Source: Selaginella moellendorffii
Lineage: Eukaryota; Plantae; Lycopodiophyta
Direction of reading: 5' to 3'
Length of the DNA stretch: 6,746 bases
NCBI RefSeq assembly: GCF_000143415.4
Contig: NW_003314680.1
Location: 1 to 6,746, forward strand
The position numbers and the translations under genes were made by a program. This document shows, one piece after another, positions 1 through 6,321 of this stretch. The stretch's first letter is position 1, and each line of letters starts with the position of its first letter. The notes under the pieces were generated by a model. That model saw only the letters and a list, made by a program, of their open reading frames with translations. It had not been told where the DNA came from and ran no database searches.

Positions 1-154
1 GTCTAAGTATGTTGTCGATGCCGAGTTTGTAAAGGCTGCCGCCGATGATGGAGTACCGGCGGGTTTTCGAGACAAAATTCTTTCTCTGGTCTGGCATTGT
101 ATGCTGAGCTGGGACTTTTGCTGAGCTGAGGTAGGCGAAGATGTCGTCGAGCCA
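1..154 (-). other. Lead-in to the integrase zinc-binding domain (remainder outside the window)
   Basis: WLDDIFAYLSSAKVP...RRYSIIGGSLYKLGIDNILR matches the W..I..YL...LYK.G.D..LR(RC) pattern that precedes HHCC in Athila/Tat-like integrases. The HHCC and DDE motifs themselves are not visible. Confidence 0.8.
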
Positions 155-235
155 TGTTGCTGGTACTGAAATTCGGAAAAGGTTGGAGTTGGGCAAATCA
201 TCGGCGAGTTGATCGGGCGATTCTCCGGTGGTGAT

Positions 236-596
236 GCGGCTGAGGAAGTCGGCCTGTTCATGCTGTCGGCCGGGCTTGTGGACAATTTCAAAGTTGTACT
301 CTTGGAGTAGAAGGAACCATCTGGAAATTCGGCCGGAGAGTATGGGCTTGTTGATGAGGTAAAGGAGGGCCTTGTGGTCAACAAAGATGATGACTTTGCT
401 CGAAAGAATGTAGTGCCGAAACTTCTGGAGGGCGTATACCATGCCGAGGGCTTCTTTCTCGGTGGTGGTGTAGTTGCGTTCGTTTCGAGGTGAGTAGTCT
501 GCTTGCGTAGTAAATCGGCTGGTCTCGGTTGTCTCTCTGGGCTTGGCTAAGCACTGTGCCGGTGCCGATGTCAGAGGTGTCGACGTGGATATGGAA
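236..596 (-). other. RNase H (Ty3/gypsy type), frameshifted at about 482-485
   Basis: Hand translation across the shift: FHIHVDTSDIGTGTVLSQ...PIYYASRLLTS / ERNYTTTEKEALGMVYALQKFRHYI...IFVDHKAL...RISRWFLLLQEYNFEIVHKPGRQHEQADFLSR. All four D-E-D-D residues are present. Confidence 0.95.
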
Positions 597-1568
597 CTCT
601 TTGGTCCAGTCTGGTTTGGCGAGTATTGGTGCGGTAGTGAGCTTGAGCTTGAGGTTGTCAAATGCTGTCTGCTGAGTGTCCGACCAGATCCACTGGGCGT
701 CAAGCCGAAGGCCGTCGGTGAGAGGTTTGGCGATGTCGGCGTACTTGTGGATGAATCTTCGGTGGTATCCGATCTTGCCGAGAAATCTTCGGAGGTCCTT
801 TTGGTTCTTTGGCGGGTCGAGCTGAAGTATGACTTCGACTTTGTCTTTGTCGATGAGTATGCCGTCTTTGCAGACAATGTGGCCGAGAAGTACTCCGGAC
901 TTGACGAAGAAGGCGCATTTCTCGGGGTTGAGGGCGATGTTGTTTTCTTCGCACTTCTCGAGGCATTTCTCGAGGCATTCGAGATGGCGGTCTTCGGAGC
1001 TGAAGACACTGAAGTCGTCCATGAAGACTCACATGAAGTCAGTGAGGTAGTCTCGGAAGGTGTTGGTGACGAGTCGCTGGAAAGTGAAGGGTGCATTGCA
1101 GAGGCCGAAAGGCATTCTTCGGTAGGCGTATGCTCCCCATGGGCTGATGAATACTGTCTTGTGCTGGTCTTCTTGGGCGATGGTGATCTGATTGTAGCCG
1201 GAAAATCCGTCGAGGAAGGAGTACATTTCGTGTCCGGCGACTGTGTCAAGAACTTCATCGGTGAAGGGTATCGGGAAGATATCTTTGTTGGTGACGTCGT
1301 TGAGCTGCTTGTAGTTGACGCAGATTCGGAGCTTGCCGTTTTTCTTCGGCACAACGACCAGAGGAGACAACCAGATCGGATTCTAGATCGGGTAGATGTA
1401 TTCGACCTCGAGGAGTTTGTTGAGCTCCTTCTTGACTTGCTCCATGAGGTTTGGGTTCATCCGGTAAGGTGCCTGTCGCTTCGGCCGGGCATCCGGGAGG
1501 AGGGTGATGGTGTGCAGACATAAGTCTGGTGAGACTCCTTTCAGGTCTTTGTAGCTCCAAGCAAACAA
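597..1568 (-). other. Reverse transcriptase (core about 1568-873, then thumb/connection); contains two premature stops
   Basis: LFAWSYKDLKG, LRICVNYKQLN, DIFPIP, FLDGFSGYNQI, MPFGLCNAPFTFQR, FMDD catalytic motif, LNPEKC, LLGHIV, LRRFLGKIGYHRRFI. Confidence 0.97.
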
Positions 1569-2036
1569 GTGCTTTTTCTTCTGGAGGAGTCTCAGGCCTT
1601 TGTTCCGGAAACTCTCAGAGATGTCTTTGGCGAGGATGATGTGATGCTGATTCTGGTCGGTTGCAAGGTTGATCTTCTCGAGAGGTTGGTTGGTCGGTAT
1701 TGTCGGGACATAGGCGACTTTCTGGTCGGAGTCGACAATGAATCCTGGCTGAGTGGCGATGGTAGTGTCTCTGGTTGTCGGGTTCTTCAATGCTTCGGTA
1801 AGCTGGGGTCGCTCTCGGCTGAAGTCGGCTGCTACTCTAAAGATGTCGATTTCGGCGAGGGGTTCGAGGTTGGGGTAGGCTTGGAGTATTTGCTGTTCTT
1901 CATAGTCGTCGAGGCCGGTTTTGAGGTCATAGTCTTCGAGGTCAACCGGTCGGATGTTCGTCAGAAGGTGTTTCGACGAGTTTGTCGAGACTGTTACTGG
2001 ACCTTGCGGGCCTTGGAGGAAGATCTGGTTGGTCGA

Positions 2037-2357
2037 CCAGTTGTGCATTGCTCGAGCGTGTTTGAGCCACGGGCGTCCGAGGAGGACTGCGTAGCCGTCG
2101 GAGTCCTTCGGAAGCTTGAGGATGACATAGTTGACTGGAACTCTGATGCCTCTGATATTGGTGATGACATTCCGGATAATTCCTTGGGGTCGGACTGATC
2201 GGTGGTCGGCCATTCGGATGTTAAACGGTGCTGGCTCAACTGGACCAAGGTTGATTTGTCTGACGAGACTCTCGTCGATGATGTTGACGCCAGAGCCGCC
2301 GTCAAGCATGGCTCCTCGGACTTGGTGTCGGCCGATTCGGAGGTCGATGGTTGGAAC
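2037..2357 (-). other. Retropepsin-type aspartic protease
   Basis: Catalytic AMLDGGSGVNII (Asp codon at 2303-2301), flap IRMADHRSVRPQG and C-terminal VLLGRPWL. Confidence 0.93.
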
Positions 2358-2984
2358 TTCATTGTCGCAATCTCCGGGTTGTATCTCAGCTTGAAAGGCA
2401 TCGACAGTGTCCTTGTTGGTATTCAGTGCTGGGGCGTGCGTTGGAGGTGTGTCCGGAGGGTTAGTCAGACTTACCAGTTGGTTGACGAGATATGGAGCGA
2501 TCTTCAGAAGCTGGCCGACAGTGATCTGGATGTTCTGGGTGAGGATGAATTTGGCGACAGTTGTATCTCCAATCGAGTTGGCCAAGAGTTGTGCCGGTGA
2601 AGCTGTCGGCTGGTTTCTCGGTTGCTGTGTGCTTGACTCGGGCTGTTCTTCATCTTTGGAGTTGAGGATGACTAGTTTGGGTGGCTGTTGAGTAAGGTGC
2701 TTTTGTACTTTGGCAGCTAGCTGTCGGCGTTTCTTCCACTCCAGGGTTTGTTTCGGGCGCTCTGAGCCTGTGTCATCTTCGGTGTTTGAGTCTTTATGTC
2801 GGTGCTGTGCTCGAAGTTGTGCTTGAGTCTGGACTGCCAGAACTTGTGGTTCTGGGTCTTCTTCGGGAAATGGGAGTTCGTCGGCTTCGATGAGTCTGGT
2901 TGCCGGTGGTTGCTGTTGCTGTTGGTCTGGCTGTCTAGGCGGCGGCAGTCCGAGTCTTGGAGGGCCGGGCTGGTCTGGGATTCG

Positions 2985-3260
2985 GGGTTGCCATGGGCGG
3001 CTGTTGTAGTTGCCTTGATATCTCTGGTCTTGATAGCCTTGATATCGGTTGTAGCCTTGATACCCTTGATTCTGGTAGCGTGGATAGGCTTGGCTGTTGT
3101 TGTAGTCCATCTGGTTTTGTCGGTATTGTTGGTATGGCCGGTTGTCGGGTTGTTGGTATCGGTCATTGAAGTAGGGTCGGTTGTTGTAGTTGTTGTTGAA
3201 TCTCGGTGGTGTGTTCCATTGTCGCGGCAGGTAGTTGTTCCGGGGCGGTCGCCAGTTGTT
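2985..3260 (-). repeat. Q/N/Y/R/P-rich low-complexity (prion-like) tract after the knuckles, with imperfect TATCAAGGC (YQG) repeats
   Basis: NNWRPPRNNY...FNNNYNNRPYFNDRYQQPDNRPYQQYRQNQMDYNNSQAYPRYQNQGYQGYNRYQGYQDQRYQGNYNSRPWQ. On the plus strand CTTGAT recurs five times between about 3013 and 3072. Confidence 0.85.
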
Positions 3261-3359
3261 CGGAGGTGCAGCAGGATATTGGGTCGAATACTCAGGCTGT
3301 CGGGGAGGTCTCCGGGGCAAGTTGGAGATTTGTCGGACTTCAGGTTGGCTGCGGAATCT

Positions 3360-3461
3360 GCATGTCTTGGCGTCATGGTTGTCTTTCCCGCAGATTTGGC
3401 ACTTAACGAGCTGGAGTTTGCAGTCGGTGGCCGAGTGTCCTTCATTCTTGCATTTTGTGCA
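3360..3461 (-). other. Nucleocapsid: two CCHC zinc knuckles
   Basis: CTKCKNEGHSATDC (3461-3420) and CQICGKDNHDAKTC (3401-3360), both exact CX2CX4HX4C. Confidence 0.95.
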
Positions 3462-3644
3462 CCAGACGCCGGTTCGGACGTCGGATTTGTTGCCGGATGC
3501 AGTGAATTTGGTGAGGAGCTTCTGGATCTTTCGGATGCCGACTTTGTCCTTGGACTTGCTGGTGAGGCTGTCGAGGAGGTCGTCCTCATCTTCCTCGGAG
3601 TCAAAGTCTTCCGGTTCATCAACTCGGGCAGTTTGTTGGCGGAT

Positions 3645-4094
3645 TTGAACTTCTTTCAAGTCTTTGGAAAGAGTCTTGTAATCGCTGGTGTCGATTTTGG
3701 TGGCAGCTTTCTTCAAGTGTGAAGCTAGTCCCTACATGTACCACTGGTATAAAAGTATGTCAGTAGAAGAGCTCTTGCAGCGGTTGGCGTGTTTGGTGAA
3801 GCGTTCAGTGTATTCTTCGAGAGTTTCACCAGTACGCATTTTGATGTTCTGTATCTTCTGAAGCTTCTCTGACTGGCTGAGTGCTGACTTGAAGTGGTCG
3901 GTGAAGGCTTTGGTAAGCTCGTCGAAGGTGAGTTTCGGGTCGGTCGTCTGGAGCCATTCTCCGGCGTGGCCTTTGAGGGTGCAGCCGAAGAGGAATGCGA
4001 GGTTGTCTTGCTGGCCGTTGACTCGGGCGGCCTCCTTGAAGCGAATGACGTGCTTTTCTGGGTCTTCGGTCTTCTTCCCTTTGAATTGTGGGTA
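3645..4094 (-). other. gag: Gag capsid domain (Retrotrans_gag-like)
   Basis: YPQFKGKKTEDPEKHVIRF...LFGCTLKGHAGEWL...TFDELTKAFTDHF...MRTGETLEEYTERF...WYM*GL. This matches the P-x-F-x-G, L-x-G-x-A-x-x-W, major-homology-like GETLxEYxxRF and W/F-x-x-x-GL motifs. Confidence 0.9.
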
Positions 4095-4999
4095 GGTGAC
4101 AAGCTTGCCGATGACCGTGTTAGGGAGTACCATTGTCATGGTGATGATGTCTGGGGGAATGTCTGGTAGACTGTGTGGCAGAGTGTTTGGTGGAGTGTTT
4201 GGCGGGACATTTGACGAAGTAGTTAGTGGAGTGTTCTGTGGTGGCAGTGTTGATGTTGATGGTAGCAGATGTTCTCCGGCAGGCTTCAGCAAGGTCTCCG
4301 GAGAGGATTGTCGGAGTATTACCTGTAAGTCCGGTTGCTGAAGATCGATGTCTGGTTCTGGTTGTTGGTGGGGTCTGCTGAACGTCTGGTCGAAAAGTTG
4401 GTCAAGTGTGTATTTGGAGGATTGGCCGAACTCGTATTGCTGGTGATGTGCTGGTCGATCGTCTGGGTCAACAATGTATATCGGTCGGAGGCCATATTCG
4501 ACTGAGTTGAGCGTCGGGGAGTCTGGTTGTTGCTGGAAGTTGTAGAAGTCTGGTGCGGAGGCGAACGGTGTGGTCGAGGTAGAAGCTGATACTGGCGTCG
4601 AAAACAGTGTGCCGAGGACTGCTGGTGAAGCTGTCGGTACAGTCCAGGAGAAATAAGTTCTTGGGTCGGTTTGTCCTCGGAAGAGTGGGTTGTGGAAGCT
4701 GTGCTGGGGAGTGTGCTGAACTTCCGGCTGGGTTTCTGGTGGGTTCTCCGGTGCTGCAGTCGGAGAAGCAGGTGGTGTCCTAAAATTCTGGTAGCCTTCT
4801 AAAATCCTTCCGGCATCTTCGCCGGCTGCAATTTTGGGAAACAATTCATCAGTAATGTACCTTTCTCTTTGTACAAAGTGGGACCACTGCGTGGCATTTT
4901 CTTTTCTCTCTTTCTCTAGTCTCTTCAACTCTCGCTGGAGGTGTCGTTGAAGTCTTTCGGTGTCTTCTTGTTGTTTGCTGGCTGCTTTCCTCGGCTTGT

Positions 5000-5332
5000 T
5001 CATGCGGCTCTTTTCGGCCGTGGGTTCTTGTACACTAAAACTATCTTGGATGTTGGTATCTCGGGGATGAAGGTCTTCATCAAACTCTTGACTTGGTTGT
5101 CGGTGATGTTGTCGGGTATCTGGCTGAATGTCGAATCGGTGTCAATGATAATCTTAAGGCTCCGGAAATATCTTCGGGCCTGGAGCTTCGAAGCTAGTCT
5201 TCGGCAGTAGCTATTGTATAATCTTCTAAGGGTTACTATGCTGTAGAACTTCTCATAGTCGGTCCACTCTTGTTGGGCAGGATCATAGTTCAACTGGGTG
5301 GCGATGAGTCGTCTGGGCTGGTGTTCGGGCGC
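5000..5332 (-). CDS. Candidate ORF0 part B (97-110 aa, no ATG start), ending in an ATGA overlap with the gag start
   Basis: Frame is open 5332-5003 (APEHQPRRLIATQLNYDPAQQEWTDYEKFYSIVTLRRLYNSYCRRL...KRAA*) with globular-looking composition. Its TGA (5002-5000) overlaps the gag ATG (5003-5001). Confidence 0.45.
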   Translation of the reverse strand, partial: APEHQPRRLIATQLNYDPAQQEWTDYEKFYSIVTLRRLYNSYCRRLASKLQARRYFRSLKIIIDTDSTFSQIPDNITDNQVKSLMKTFIPEIPTSKIVLVYKNPRPKRAA

Positions 5333-6195
5333 TCAGAGGAAAACTCGTCCGGAAGTGGGTAGCAGTCGTACTCCAGGAGTTTCTTCTTCGTTTCTTTCTT
5401 CGGCTTGGGCTTGTCGGTGGAGTCTCCAATCGATTTGTTGAGACGAGGTGCTGAGTGTAGGCTGGTCTTCCAGGTGCCGGTGCCGAGATGAAGCTCGACG
5501 AAGAGTTTTGGATAGTCGGACTGGTTGGGGTGATCAGACCCAATTTCGCCGTCAATGGTCTCTAGGCCGGCGTACTCGATGGCGTGGTCGAACAGAGTCT
5601 TGGCAGCGTGGAGATTAGCGTCGTGTCGTCGTCGGATGATGTCCTCAGTGCTGGTTTGGGTGCTCAGTCGGAGAGTCTGTCGGAAGATTGTTGGTGCATT
5701 CGGGAGCTTTCCTTCGGTGACTTGGCCGATGCCGGGATAGAGTGTCGGAGGCTCGTCGTAGGAGAACGTGCGGCTGATGTGTGGAAGAAGCGTTGGTCGG
5801 GAAGATCTGTTGCCGGAATTCTTGCTGTTCTTTTGTCTAGTCGGTAAAGCAGAGCTGTTGTCGGAGAAGAGTTCGGAGGCTCTGCCGGCGAGTTCTCTGG
5901 CTTGCAGCCGGTGTTCTTCTGCTCGAATTCGGAGTTGGGCTCTCAGATTGCTGGTCGGAGAAGATCTCGGAGGAGATGCTCGGGTTTGCTGTCGGTTCCT
6001 CGATGCTGGCCGGTGAAGAGTTCGGTGCTGATGTTGGGGTTGATTGCAAAGGTCTTCTTCTCCTCATTCGGATAGAGCGCTAGGAGGTCTAGTTGAAAGA
6101 TCTTTAATTTCTTCGAAAATTTGCTGGTGTAGTTTTCTTCCTCTAGTGGTCGCTGCAGCGAGGCGTGTTCCGGGTACCCATGTTGGTGGTGGCAT
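5290..6195 (-). pseudogene. Candidate extra 5' ORF (ORF0, part A), about 301 codons with one in-frame TGA; unknown product
   Basis: ATG at 6195 (MPPPTWVPGTRL...), TGA at 6066-6064, then 257 stop-free codons with no ATG down to TGA 5292-5290 (...YDEPPTLYPGIGQV...HAAKTLFDHAIEYAGLETIDGEIG...YPKLFVELHLGTGTWKTS...KPKPKKETKKKLLEYDCYPLPDEF...). Not in the supplied track. Confidence 0.5.
5854..6032 (-). repeat. Three diverged 30-nt direct repeats in the leader/ORF0 region
   Basis: ATCAGCACCGAACTCTTCACCGGCCAGCAT (6032-6003), ATCTCCTCCGAGATCTTCTCCGACCAGCAA (5977-5948) and AGAGCCTCCGAACTCTTCTCCGACAACAGC (5883-5854). Confidence 0.7.
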
Positions 6196-6302
6196 ACTCG
6201 ATGTGGAGAGAAAGAGTGGTCTTGAATCTCTGCAAACAAGAAAATTTCGAAAAATGCAAATGGTTACCAGGTTCTCGTTCCTTGATCTCTCTCAGCGATC
6301 CA

Positions 6303-6319
6303 TCCCACCGTGGTCGCCA
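6303..6319 (-). promoter_or_regulatory. Primer-binding site, tRNA-Arg type
   Basis: Minus strand TGGCGACCACGGTGGGA. The plus strand TCCCACCGTGGTCGCCA has the form of a tRNA 3' end with CCA and matches my recollection of plant cytosolic tRNA-Arg ends (...TCCCACYGTGGTCG-CCA). Confidence 0.88.
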
Positions 6320-6321
6320 AA

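Larger units (their letters stand above)
1..5003 (-). pseudogene. gag-pol: gag-pol polyprotein, single reading frame, disrupted and cut by the window edge
   Basis: Track ORFs 3732-5003, 1383-3716, 1029-1370 and 378-1022 are all one frame. They are separated only by single stops: TAG 3734-3732 (QWYM*GLASHL), TAG 1385-1383 (IYPI*NPIWLSP) and TGA 1031-1029 (DFM*VFMDD). One extra base at about 482-485 shifts the frame, which resumes at 481 (ERNYTTTEKEAL...) and stays open to the window end. Confidence 0.95.

Noticed and set aside
479-488. Frameshift in RNase H as a programmed event
   Set aside because: It is mid-domain, in a short A run with no slippery heptamer. A 1-nt insertion or sequencing error explains it.
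955-978. Perfect 12-nt tandem repeat TTCTCGAGGCAT x2 in RT (CLEKCLEKC)
   Set aside because: The spacing from DD to LNPEKC appears normal for these RTs, so it is not an evident insertion and has no functional implication.
2717-3622. 301-aa minus-strand Thr/Ser-rich ORF overlapping gag (also 700-1032, 1255-1560, 1994-2401, 3725-4102)
   Set aside because: These are off-frame shadows on a C/A-rich, T-poor strand with no motifs. They cannot be fully excluded without a synonymous-constraint analysis.
543-3722. Long plus-strand ORFs (543-1523, 1569-2198, 2202-2600, 2796-3722), the last looking like a multi-pass membrane protein
   Set aside because: They are in-register antisense shadows of gag-pol codons. 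The V/L/I runs are simply the complement of the CAA/AAC/TAC-rich Q/N/Y tract, so they are not evidence for an env-like gene.
3732-3734. TAG-GGA as programmed gag readthrough (gammaretrovirus-like context)
   Set aside because: The stop lies inside the capsid C-terminal motif, before the zinc knuckles, so it would truncate Gag itself. A CAG>TAG mutation is the simpler explanation.
4746-5517. Late-domain-like peptides (SPTAAP in the Gag extension, YPKL in ORF0)
   Set aside because: They are inexact or very short matches expected by chance in Pro-rich sequence.
5000-6195. Endogenous caulimovirid (small ORFs with ATGA overlaps before a polyprotein)
   Set aside because: The PBS is Arg rather than Met, an LTR end and integrase lead-in are present, the Gag, RT and RH are gypsy-type, and there is no movement-protein motif.
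6303-6319. tRNA gene or prophage att site
   Set aside because: Only the 17-nt 3' end including CCA matches, with no cloverleaf. Its position next to the LTR CA terminus identifies it as a PBS.
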